Of a stretch of DNA of 64,000 nt, positions 11,358 to 22,715 are shown in pieces; position 1 is the stretch's first letter, and every line of letters begins with the position of its first letter. The stretch lies in assembly GCA_051362555.1 (NCBI GenBank), contig CM120643.1, forward strand, positions 25,982,848 to 26,046,847, in the 5' to 3' direction. The notes beneath the pieces were generated by a model. That model was not told the DNA's origin. It saw nothing but the letters and a program-made list of their open reading frames with translations, and ran no database searches. The stretch is from Lingula anatina. Lineage: Eukaryota; Animalia; Brachiopoda. The position numbers were made by a program, and so were the translations under genes.

Positions 11358-13644
11358 TACCCCCGTCACACTTAATTGGAATCAGCAGGAATCAAGAAGA
11401 ATGAGGCTGAATGAAGAAATTTAAAAATTCGCACCACATTCGGGAGAAAAGTTTAAATTGACCTTAATTATTGTAAGAGTACCGTTGGAATACTCAGAAT
11501 GCGCTTGAATTCGCCTGGAAAGATAAGTGCACTTTCGGCTGTTTTAGGTCTCAAAAGCAGTTCGAATGTAGTTGGAAAACTAAGAATATCTATAATGTTG
11601 CCAGAAGGCAGTCAGAATATTTATAATATACTTTGAATGGCGTACTAGTGTAGTGGCGTACTAGTGTAGTGTAGTGTAGTGTAGTGTAGTGTAGTGTATT
11701 GCTGGCAACATTAATATTTCAGCTCATCCGAGGCACATTCGAAACATTCTGGCGGGATTTTATACCCCCGTCACACTAGAGGCGGAATAATTAAGAATGG
11801 CGTCGAGAATACAATTCTTTATGCATTCCAGGTTATTCGAAGAGCATTCTAAAAATTCTGAGTGCATTCCAAATATTTCTACCCATTCTTGTGGCCGGCT
11901 CGAATGTTTTTGTCATGTCAAAAACTTTCGAAGTGCATTCCTACATTCGCAATATCCCTACAGTATTCCAACTACATTCGAGCTGCATTTGAGAGGTAAT
12001 GTACCTGGAATGGGCAAGAATAATTCCAGGCGGGTTCGATGTGCATTCTTAGCATTCCAGAAGCATTCTTACAAAGCCGTAATATTTTATGACAATTTTA
12101 ATTAATTTTAATTCCCCTTCCGAATATGGCACGAATTTTTAAATTTAGTAATTCCGGCTGGTTCTGCTTCATTCCTACTGATTTCGAATATGTGTGACGG
12201 GGGCTTAATACCCCCGTCACACTAGAGGCGGAATGAGCAAGAATGCCGTCGGAAAGACAATTCGTTGTGCGATCCTGGATATTCGAAGAGCATTCTAAAA
12301 ATTCCGAGTGCATTCTAAATATTTTTACCCATTCTTGTGGCATCCCGAATGTTTTTGTCATGTCAAAAACTTTCGAAGTGCATTCCAAGTGGAAATTTAT
12401 CGAATGGCATTTGAACAATATTCTAACTGCACTATGACTGCATTCTTAATAATCTCACGGCATTCCGACAGCATTCGAAACATTCTGATCACATTAAAGG
12501 AATATTCGAACTGACAAGTGACTTAAAGCCCCCGTCAAACTTATTCGAAATCAGTAGGAATCAAGCCGGAATTACTAAATTTAAAATTCGTACCATATTC
12601 GGGAGGGAATTTCAAATTATCATAAAATATTACGGCTTTGTAAGAATGCCTCTGGAATACTAAGAATGCACATCGAACCGCCTGGAATGATTCTCGCACA
12701 TTCCAGGTATACTACCTCTCAAATGCAGCTCGAATGTAGTTGGAATACTGTAGGGATATTGCGATAAATTTCCTCTTGGAATGCACTTCGAAAAATTTTT
12801 GTCATGACAAAAACATTCGAGCAGGCCACAAGAATGGGTAAAAATATTTGGAATGCACTCAGAATTTTTAGAATGTTTTTAGAATGTTCTTCGAATATCC
12901 TGGAATGCACAAAGAATTGTATTTCAGACGCCATTCTTAATCATTCCGCCTCTAGTGTGACGGGGATTTTATTTCCCGCCAGAATGTTTCGAATGTGCCT
13001 CGGATGAGCTGAAATATTAATGTTGCCAGCAATCGAACTACACTAGTGCGCCGTTCAAAGTATATTCTAGATATTCTTACTGCCTTCTTACAGCATTATA
13101 AATATTCCTAGTTTTCCAATTACATTCGAACTGCTTTTGAGAGCTTATACAGTCGAAAGTGCACTCATCATTCCAGGCGAATTCAAGCGCCTTCTGTGTA
13201 TTCCAAGGGTACTCTTACAATAATTAAGGTCAATTTGAATTTTTTTCCCGAATGTGGTGCGAATTTTAAAACTTCTTCGTTCAGGCTCATTCTTCTTCAT
13301 TCCTGCTGATTCCGAATAAGTGTGACGGGGGTATTAAGTCACTTGCCATTTCGAATCTTCGTCTAATGTTAAGAGAATGTATATAATACTGTCGGAATGC
13401 CGTGAGAACATTGAGAATGCAGTCATAGTGCAGTTAGAATACTGTTCAAATGCCATTCGATAATTTTCCACTTGGAATGCACTTCGAAAGTTTTTATCAT
13501 GAGAAAAACATTCGGGATGCCACAAGAATGGGTAAAAATATTTGGAATGCACTCGGAATTTTTAGAATGCTCTTCGAATATCCAGAAAATCACAAAGAAT
13601 TGTATTTCCGATGGCATTCTTGCTCATTCCGCCTCTAGTGTGAC
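11358..13644. mobile_element. Nest of Tourist-like (Harbinger) MITEs: composite X (11358-12205 plus 13337-13644) interrupted by an inverted copy of X (12209-13333)
   Basis: Multiple TACCCCCGTCACAC / GTGTGACGGGGG ends with TAA/TTA flanks. 12209-13333 is the reverse complement of 27526-28655. Rich in CATTC/GAATG. The rightmost terminus is truncated. Confidence 0.85.
11645..11698 (+). repeat. (TAGTG)n microsatellite expansion inside a MITE copy
   Basis: About 10 TAGTG units here, whereas the sister copies (~13040 and ~27822) carry only ctagtgtagt. Confidence 0.85.
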
Positions 13645-15606
13645 ATACATTCGGTTTGTTTTTTGTGGAACTACAGATTCCTGCACAACAGGAAGGACAC
13701 GTTTTGTTTGTTGTGCGTGATATTTTTAACCCTCTCTGTGACTTTCACTCATATTGATAAAATGTAAGCCCTACCTCACGCTCTCTGGCCGAACATTTTC
13801 ATGTCTTGTCTATGATAGTCTATGAGATGATTAAATCACCATTACATGCTATCATGAACATTAACTCAGATCACGTTATTTTCTTTGCACATCTATTTAA
13901 TTTCATATGAAATTTGCAATATATACTTTATCATGATATAAATTGTAATTTGCATATTTTTATACTACTAGAACTTCTGTATTCATTGTAGGAGGTTGTA
14001 TTTTATATTGACTGTAGATATATGGCATTTCTTGTTCAAATATTATTATAAATACAGTATAAATGTGTGTACATATAGATTGTGTTCAAATTTAATGTAT
14101 GATCACAGTTTGTAAGATTGCGTGTTCTAAATTTTTCTGGTCAGATAAGAGTTTGGTATGGTTAATAATGATTTTAATAACAGTTTTCAGTTGTGTGCTG
14201 AGGATGCCATTGTTGATACCATTGATCACTTAATGTTTAGGACCAAACAGCTGCATGTTGGGAGGGGGGGGGGGGGGGGCGAGATTAGTCCGTGTATGGC
14301 GGGGCAAAGTGATTTCCATTTCGTCAGAAAATGAATTGTCAAAATGAAATGGAAAATCAACCTCGATTTTTCGTTTTTCCTTTTAAAATGAAAAATGGAA
14401 AAACGAGATTATTTTTCGTTTTTTCCGCTTTTTTATAACATAAAAAACAAAAAACGACAGATTTCCAAACGTGATAGAAAACAGAAACATCCACTGTTTT
14501 CCCATATCAAGAGAGTGAAATATATTAGAAAATACGTCCTTTTCTCCTTCTGTGAAGAAATGAAATATCAAAGCATGTTCATTTTTTGCCATTATAGTTT
14601 CAATGAAAAAACGGAAGTCAGTTCGTTTTTCTGATTTTCATTTTGGAAATAAAAATGGGAAAACGGAAGTATATATAGACACACAGACAGAAAAATGGCA
14701 GCCCTTGAAAGGTTGACTTCACAAGACTAGGATTATTCCTGGTTTTGTATAAGTATTCGGAGATTTAGTAAATAACTTCAAGAAGAATGAATTAAGGAAT
14801 TTCAGATATTTTAAAATATTTGGACAATTATGGAAAAACAATGCGCCATCGCTGTGTGTGGTTCAGAAATATGAAATAGGCCCCTAGGTTAGTGCCTAGG
14901 TCTAAGTGAAGAAGTGATGAAGGTTGGATCTGTTTCTGTAAGGACTTTTTTGTGACAAGATTTTGATAGAAAGAAGAAATTTTTATCATGAGAGAAAAAT
15001 TTGAATGTTTATTAAGTCGCCTGGACTGTAGTGTTGGTATAGCCTCAATTGAAGTTCTTTTAACTAAGTACTGGTACGTACGACTGGGCAAAGCAATTAT
15101 GTAGCTGTACAGATTTTGTAGCTTTGTTTCTGTGGTTAACACTGGATAAATTAATAAAATGTTTGTTAAAATCTTTACACCACTGCGTCTTGTTGCTCTT
15201 GAATGTTATTGTACCTTAGTCAAAGAAGTTATTGAATTAGTTTTTGCAAACATACAGGGCCCTTTGCGCAATGCATTTGCTTTATTATCTTATGTAGGCC
15301 TACGTAATCACAAACTAATAAGCAGATTACCTACATCTACTACACGTATTTCCTCTTCCTTAACATCTTTAATGCAACCTTGGGGGGGGGGGGGTATTTT
15401 ATTTTATAAAAATCCACACATTTGCATCTTGAGTTTGACTCTCTTTTTTTAATGCAATACGAGCGTTGGGACGGACAATCTCAAATATTCGTCGTGTTGA
15501 TAAAAATAAGCTGTACATAGAAGGAAAAATAAGTGCAAGAATTCTCTCTTGTTTCAGTTTTTACTGCTGTTACTGTACAAACCAGCAACTAATCAAGTAA
15601 CAAATA

Positions 15607-15979
15607 CAGGGGTGGATCCAGGACTATTTGAAGGGCGGGGGGAGTCCGCGGGTGAGCGTGTCATTGTTATAACATTATAATATATTAATATTTAACCTTT
15701 CAAGAAAATAAAGATGTTTAAAAAAATGTCCGCGGATGCAAAGCCGACCCTCTCCTCCCCCCCCTCCTTGGCGTGGGGTTCAGGGCCCGCTGAAGGGCAC
15801 CGAAAATTTTGGTATTTTAGAGGGCAAATGGTACCATTTGGTATGGTTTAGAACTATGATTCAGCTGGTCAAAATTCTAATTTCAAGAGGGGATCATTGG
15901 TGTGATTTTTTTTCAAAAATCGAAGGGGGGGGGGGGGGGGGGTCAGGATCCCCCTGATACCCCCTATATCCGCCACCTA
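15607..15979. mobile_element. CAG(G/T)GGCGGAT-ended MITE family copy
   Basis: Ends CAGGGGTGGATCCAGG ... TATCCGCCACCT. The interior is alignable to copies at 37561, 37952, 47159 and the partial copy at ~30355-30524. Confidence 0.75.
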
Positions 15980-16252
15980 AAATGTTCACCAACCTAAAAA
16001 GAAATAATTTAGAATAATAAAAGAGTAAAAAATTAAATAAATGAAATAAAATGGGACATCAAGATATGGATTTGATATACAGCTGTACCAAGAATAAAAT
16101 TGTATCAATCTTCTGAAGGAGTGAATGTCATATATCATCTAGTAAGGTCTTGACTTCCTAGCCCGTACAATAATCTTAGGCAGTAAAGCAAGTCTGTCAA
16201 AATTAAAAAAAAAACCTCTAGATGCAATGCATTATGTGATGTTACTTAAAAC

Positions 16253-16468
16253 GGTTACATGCCCATACGTCCCCGCACCGATACTCCCCCGCACCGATAC
16301 TCCACCACACCATTGCTTCGATACTGAGGGGGAGTATCGGTGCAGGGAAGTATCGGTGCGGGGATGTACCGGTGCGGGAATCTATCGGTGTGGGGTTGTA
16401 TCGATGCTCATAATACATAAAATTTACTAAGAGGGATTATCGGTGCGGGGGAGTATCGACATGACCCC
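16253..16468. mobile_element. 216-bp MITE with 8-bp TSD and internal GCACCGATACTCCCC repeats
   Basis: CTTAAAAC direct repeat at 16245-16252 and 16469-16476. Imperfect TIRs. ~15-16-bp repeats occur in opposite orientation in the two halves. Confidence 0.75.
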
Positions 16469-17312
16469 CTTAAAACGTGCGGAATCGCTAACAACGAACG
16501 TTACCAGTGCGCGTGAGTGAGTGAGCTATAACTGTCTACCTGTACACCAGAGGGAGACCAAATTCACCATGCTTATTAAGAAAAATATGCACTACAAGCG
16601 CTTTTTAAAAAAATTTGATTGATCCTCTCTTTTCCAATTTATTGACTTTAAAAGTGAAAATTCCTTAATATTTTGATGTAATTTCACGTACGTTTTTATA
16701 GATAAAATCAACAATAAGTCTCTAAACAAAAATCCCTGACTCACTTTTGTAGTACTTTGTTCATGTGTAATAATACCATTAAAAGCATGTTTATAGCTGT
16801 CCAGGTACCTGAGAAAATCAGGTGTTTAAAAATGGTGTTTTTGTCCCCAAAATCCCAATATTACGTCACACGATGAAGTTGGAGCTGTGTTTCAAGCATA
16901 CATGTAATAGATGTTTTGAAGGTACATTAAATGATTATGACAGGAATAAAAAAGCTAAGACCTTTATTTTAAAAGAAAGTCTCTAACCTTCACACCCCCC
17001 CTTAATCATAAAATGTTCCTGACGCCTTTCTGGCCTTTGACAACCGTTTTGGTGGGTTTTTCTCTCTTAAAAATTTGCTTACGGCTAGGATAGCTTACAG
17101 ATAGCCCCCTACTCCCTTTCGGCCCTTTGACCGTAGATAACTGATCAGCATTTTCTGACCAAACTTTCAAATAAGAGGAAACACCTGCTGCGATAAATCA
17201 TTAAACAGTAAGACTGATTTTTAAAAAAGGAAGACTGATCAAGGATGAGAACAAAAACAAATTGTTCAAGTTTTTAATCGTGCCGTTGAAGCTAAATGGT
17301 AGGCCTATATTA

Positions 17313-18174
17313 CACTGAAAATAAAATTGGAGTCATTTGACTCTCTAGTCAGAGTCCAGCACCCCTTGACCCTCATGGAGTTAATTTGACTCCTAAATAA
17401 TGGTCAAATTACCCCACTACCAGAGTATTTAGACTCTCTTATCAGAGTCAATCACCCCCTGGCTCTCATGGAGTCAATCTGACTCTAAAATCAGTCAGAC
17501 GGCGTGGAGAGAACAGTTCACATCATCCTTTGTCAGTATAAACATTATTTTATTGGCCAAAGTTGGCTTTATGCATAAACAAGTGGTTTTCTGTGTGTTT
17601 CTGCATACAGAACTCCTGCACTTATTACTGGCCCGGGCTTTCAGTTGCCACACCCATTATGTGATATGTTGGTATATAGATCAGCAGGTTTTGTTTCCAG
17701 GTTATAGGTTTGACCCACCAATGCATGTCAGTGGAGAGGTATGCTCACTCATTGATATATATATATACACAAACTGTTTGTTATTTCTGTTTCAACAACA
17801 CATGTGACCGCATGGCCTAGTGGTTAGGGTGTCCGCCTCTGGAAAGGGCGGACGTGGGTTCGAACCCATCCCGGGACACATCAAACTGAAGTGAACGATA
17901 CTCACTGTCTCTCCCATTACCGCCATTGTTGTCGTTTTCGTTCATGATGTACCAAGGAGTCAAAAATTCCTTAATATGGGGTCATGGTGACTCTTTTGTA
18001 GAGATAAATCAAGGGATGAAGGGATGTGTGAATGGAGTCAATTGTGACCCTCCTGTGGGGTCTGGGGTGGCATTTCTCCATCGGAGTCAACTTGACTCCA
18101 ATTCGGAGTTAATTTAGGCACCACTGCTGGACTCCAAGTTTGGAGTCACTTGGACTCCGATTTTATTCTCAGTG
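17313..18174. mobile_element. CACTG-ended non-autonomous element (EnSpm/CACTA-like), TA flanks
   Basis: TIR CACTGA(A/G)AATAAAAT(T/C)GGAGTC with TA on both sides and many GGAGTCAA..TGACTC subterminal repeats at both ends. Confidence 0.75.
17806..17876 (+). other. tRNA-derived (SINE-head/pseudo-tRNA) sequence inside the CACTG element
   Basis: A box TGGCCTAGTGG and B box GGTTCGAACCC at tRNA spacing, with a central stem GTCCGCC/GGCGGAC. The acceptor stem pairs poorly, so it is not called a functional tRNA. Confidence 0.65.
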
Positions 18175-19310
18175 TATCTACAAATCAGCGGATCTACAAT
18201 AAACAACAACAAAATATGATAATAACCAAATACTTCATTAAAACCTAATTGTCCATGAAAGATAGATTACAGTGCAGTGGATAGAGGATTAAAACAGTCT
18301 GATTAGAATATATTTTCAGCATACAAGCAGCTGGCACATGCACTGTTTGCAATATACCTGTCTGTTGCACAAAGTTGAATTCTCTTGTGCACACTTGTAA
18401 TGGATCTCAGTTTCTGTTATGCCTTTAGGTGGAAGTTTAAGACCAACGTCAACAGCAAATCCCCAAATTCTGCATTATTTATAAAATTAATTCATTGCAT
18501 TTAAGCTTTATCTGACAGAATTTAATCACCAATAACTTATAAACTTGCAGCGGCTGCCATTTCTCTGTCTGCGTGTCTGCACGACCGTTTCTCCATTTTC
18601 ATTCATAAAATGAAAATCAGAGAAACGAACGAACTTCCGTTTTTCTATTCGAATCGAAAATTGAATAATGAACACTTTTCGAACCTGTCATTTCCTCAAA
18701 GACAGAGATAAAAGGGCATTTTATGATTTATTTCACCTTTTAAACATTAGAAAAAAAAAAACGAAAACGGTCGATATTTATATTTTCTATCACATCGGGG
18801 ATCTGTCGATATTGCATTTTGCATTTTATAGTAAAATATAAAAAACGAGGGCAATTTCCGTTTTTCCATTTTTCATTTTAAATGGAAAAACGAAAACTGA
18901 GTTTCATTTTCCACTACATTTTGGCCATTTCTATCAAATGAAAATGAAAAACGGCCGTTTTTTCATTTTCTGACGAAATGGAAATCACTTTGCCCTGCCA
19001 TACACGGACCGAAATTGCATCTGAAGATCTCATTTTGACTTATAAGAATTCATCGCAAAAATGGGCAACGAAGACAGTTGAATATACAGCTGAACTAAGT
19101 CCATAGCTCCAGCCTCGCGAGGTAAAAATGTGAAAGATTAGCAGAATCACTCCAAGTTTCAAAATTCTTTTCTATCTGCTTTTTTCAGGTGGGACGACTG
19201 TATTCCCTGAAACTGCCTTTGTAAGGCATTAATTTCAGTCAGGTCCGTAGGCTGCCCGGGTGGGAAAACAATAAGACTTGTTCCCTGAAAATTTCAGTTA
19301 AATAGAAAAT

Positions 19311-20535
19311 TCACAGAAATCCAATATCAATATTCTGTGGTTTTAGTAATAATTGATCCTTAGATCTTAAGGTATGATTTGGTGTGTAATGAGATACAAG
19401 TTCACAAATAAAATCTGGTGCAAGTCCATAAAAAGCCGCATGAGCATGAGTTAAAAGTTTGAATAAGATCCGGGCGTTTACAGGTAGCCAGTGAAGTTGT
19501 TTTAATATTGCTGTCATGTGATTCTCTATAGAAGTTCGGGTAAGACACCCTGAGCTTCAGAGATAACTTGACACTAACCTCTTCACTATAGCCTATCTTC
19601 ATCGTGTCAAGTTACCTCTGACCACATTCGATTGCCTCCGCCGCCTGCCAATCAAATTTAAAGCCCGCACTCAATGACTCATTGAACGATCTAGCCAATG
19701 AACGCGAACGAGTCAAAGCGCGCTTTGTTCAAATCCGGACCAATCAAAGATAAGGCTCAATATCAGGGACTTGCCGTAACCTGTGGGCAGCACGCAAAAT
19801 ACATCATCCCTCAGTAGATAATTATGCAGGGCATCAAACTGCTCTGGTTTCAATTCCGATATACTCCATGCTTTCTTTGTGTACGGTTATGCACTCGGAA
19901 CTACTCGAATGTCTCCGCACTCGACAATAACTATGTTGTTAGTATGGAGCTTGCGGAATCAGCCGAGGATTGCCGATTGACGGTCAACCAATCAGCGTTT
20001 TTTGGTGAAAAATTTTGAAACATGGATTCGATTGGCTTATATAAACTAGGTCAAACTATTTTCGTCAGAGGTAACTTGACACGATGAAGATAGGCTATTG
20101 TGAAGAGGTTAGTGTCAAGTTATCTCTGAAGCTCAGGGTGGGGTAAGAAGACGTGCTGATACATTTTGAATGCGTTGGACTTTCTTTGTTCTTTCTATGC
20201 CGCATCCATAGAGCAAGGAGTTACAGTAATCAAGCCTTGATGTTACTAGGGCATGAATGACCGTGGCAGTGGCAGAATCTGTTAAATTATTTCGTAGGGA
20301 ACTGATGTTTCTTATGTGATACAAACAAGATTTTTTTCACATTGGCTATCTGCTTGTCCATGTTTAAAGTAGTATCAAAATACACCCCCATGTTTTTTGC
20401 ATGAGGAGAAACCCCAACTATTGCAGATCCAATAGAGATAGTCCTTCAGCTAAGTGTTTTGAGTATGGTTGAGTGATGACCATGAATTCTGTTTTTCCAT
20501 TTAATTTTAGTTTACTTTTGTTCATCCATTCTCAT
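19311..20535 (-). mobile_element. 5'-truncated L2/CR1-group LINE (reverse transcriptase C-terminal region), interrupted
   Basis: Fragments EWMNKSKLKLN..KTEFMVI, KNMGVYFDTTLNM, YHIRNISSLR..HALVTSRLDYCNSLLYG, LKQLHWLPVNARILFKLL..GLAPDFICEL. Frameshifted and split by the 19546-20140 insert. Confidence 0.88.
19546..20140. mobile_element. 595-bp non-autonomous DNA transposon with ~77-bp TIRs and perfect 8-bp TSD
   Basis: TIR CACCCTGAGCTTCAGAGATAACTTGACACTAACCTCTTCAC.. is near-perfect. GGGTAAGA occurs at 19538-19545 and 20141-20148. Confidence 0.9.
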
Positions 20536-21258
20536 TTTGACACGTTATTACACAATACAAGATAATGGACTTACCATCACATAATAATATAATATATAAT
20601 CAACTAATAATATTGTAAAGATGCAGAAAATCTAAAGGAGTGTAAGCAGTAAACTTGGGGAAGGAAAAGTGAACAAAAGGCAAAAAAAAAAAAAAAAAAA
20701 AAAAATAATAATAATAATAAGTAAATAAAATAACAGAGAGTTTGGCATTTGCAGCTGTATTTCTTTATTCTTCTTTATTTGTTCCCTTTTCTGGTGCGTC
20801 GGGACTTCTTCAAACATCCCTGGATAGCACGGTTTTAGTGTACAGGTACGTACGATGAAAAAAAAAATACATGACAAAAATACAGTCTGTGATCGATTAT
20901 GTATCACACAAAAAAAAAAAAAAAAAATTTCATGAACCCACGGCCAGCGGATATGGTAACCGCGCATGCGCTTCATTATCTGTGGAAAAGTGAATGCAAA
21001 AACGATCTTTACACTGGAAACCCTATGTTTAACAAACAATTACTTGCTCTACTCATTTGATAATAATTTGCTTTTTTCTTCCAATTATTGGTGACTTAAT
21101 TTATTCACCATTAACTTTCCAACATTAGTATACATGTGCACAACCTTCAAACAACATTTAAAGCAAGTACAAGTAGATTGCACTTACCAAGGTCAGATTT
21201 CTAACTTACTTAAGTGGAATTTTTTATTAGATATCGTGCTAGTAGTCACTACATGTAA

Positions 21259-21529
21259 GAGCCACTTCAGTACAGCTGATCCTTGAATTTGATATGACAG
21301 ACCAAGTAAAAAGCGATGCCGCTAAACCCCTGATGGGCTCCCGCCTCCACACGCACCGTCGCTGCATGGGCATAGCAATTAAAGCTCGGAACCGAGATTT
21401 AACCCGTCTAAATGCACGTGTCGAGGTGGGAAGGCCATCAGGGAATCAAGCAGCTTGCTTTTAAGCGGGGTCGGCCATATTTAGTCGGCGGATCAGTTAG
21501 TTCGCGGATCATTTGTTCTAAATGTCTTT
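21259..21529. mobile_element. Tourist-like MITE inserted at the stop codon of gene B
   Basis: TAA on both flanks (21256-21258, 21530-21532). Degenerate TIRs ..TCAG(T/A)ACAGCTGATCC. Homologous copy at 43837-44100. Confidence 0.7.
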
Positions 21530-22056
21530 TAAGTTGTTACACTGGTTGTGCTACGACTGAATAACCCTTTGAACTGTGATCTAAACTCTGAACCACTAAT
21601 CAAAAATATCAATAAATTGAAGGCATGGTATGACAGCTCAGCAATTCTACTAACATAATGAAGATAGATCAAAGACCAATCAGTGGATCCCGCTGATATA
21701 TATGCTATTTCAACCATGTTAACTAAGGCTATCGTACACATAATTAGAAAACAAAGAGACGAAGCCAACAAAGAAACAGTGCTAATAATTTCTTTTGCCT
21801 TTTTCTCGCCCCCTCTTCCTGATGTAAGTTCTTTTCGAGATTTTCTTTGAGCCCAGATGAAATGAATTATCTTCATGTTCATTCCGGTAATGACCAGTAA
21901 CATCATTGCTCTTCCGGTGATGCGTATTGTTGTTACAATCCCTAAGCGTTCTTGCCATTCTTGGTATTCATGAACGGCTATCACACACGGGGCGTCGGTG
22001 TAGATTATGCTTGCAAAGGCCACGGCTCCAGATGCTGCTGTTGCGGCAAAAATCAT
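21529..22056 (-). CDS. Class A GPCR gene B, exon 2 (TM4-TM7, helix 8)
   Basis: Acceptor 'ttccttcatttttgcAG|ATG' at 22057/22056, in frame with exon 1 (..KTFFKA|MIFAA..). Strong similarity to 10423..10944. The spliced product is about 658 aa. Confidence 0.88.
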   Translation of the reverse strand: MIFAATAASGAVAFASIIYTDAPCVIAVHEYQEWQERLGIVTTIRITGRAMMLLVITGMNMKIIHFIWAQRKSRKELTSGRGGEKKAKEIISTVSLLASSLCFLIMCTIALVNMVEIAYISAGSTDWSLIYLHYVSRIAELSYHAFNLLIFLISGSEFRSQFKGLFSRSTTSVTT

Positions 22057-22417
22057 CTGCAAAAATGAAGGAATTGTCAGCTTCAGAAATTGGTTCATAA
22101 TATAATAACAGTTTTTTGTAGCATTGTGGGAGCCGGTAGTTATATTTCATTCAGTAAAATCATAGCCTGAGGGTTGAGGTCGTGCAATGTGAAAAGAAAA
22201 TAATTAATTAACTTACACTGTTGGTCAAAAAGTTGTCCTACCTTCAATGACACGTGCTTTTGCTTACAAATGATCATTTCACAAATGTCAATCGTTTTAA
22301 ACATTGCTTTTTATTCCAGATACCATATCTAACATGACTGACGGTACATACTGGTACTCCAAAAAGACTAATTAAAACACTAATTAAAACACTAATTAAA
22401 ACACTAATTTATAAGAG

Positions 22418-22573
22418 CAGGCCCGTAGCCAGGGGGGTTCGGGGGTTCGAAAGAACCGCCCCTTTTGTCAGGGAAAAGGTCCATTTTTTTTAGGTACACA
22501 TAAGTTTCATTGTAAAAGGTCCACTTTTTCAGAAAAAGAACCCCCTCTTTTGAATTTGCTGGCTACGGGCCTG
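22418..22573. mobile_element. 156-bp MITE in the intron of gene B
   Basis: Perfect TIR CAGGCCCGTAGCCAG with AAGAG directly repeated on both sides. Confidence 0.8.
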
Positions 22574-22715
22574 AAGAGTGTCCCCTAGCACTATAATAGC
22601 AATAAATATGACAATCCAAAAGGGTTACATGGTTTCATAGACAAGTTGGCACAATCAGATAAAATTCCTAAATGACAAAGATAAGATATCATTACTTCAA
22701 GTGTCAAATACTTAC

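Larger units (their letters stand above)
14288..19009. mobile_element. Long-TIR (~420-460 bp) foldback/Mutator-like non-autonomous element containing several nested inserts
   Basis: GTCCGTGTATGGC(G/A)GGGCAAAGTGATTTCCATTTCGTCAGAAAATGA at both ends, with similarity continuing over 14288-14703 vs 18552-19009. Flanks CGAGATTA / CGAAATTG (6/8 match). No transposase recognised. Confidence 0.75.

Noticed and set aside
11797-13720. Cluster of similar short ORFs (FEEHSKNSECI.., also at 27860-28685) resembling a small gene family
   Set aside because: They are chance translations of CATTC/GAATG-rich MITE copies on both strands.
17806-17876. Functional tRNA gene
   Set aside because: The acceptor stem does not pair well and the anticodon arm is non-canonical, so it is treated as a tRNA-derived relic.
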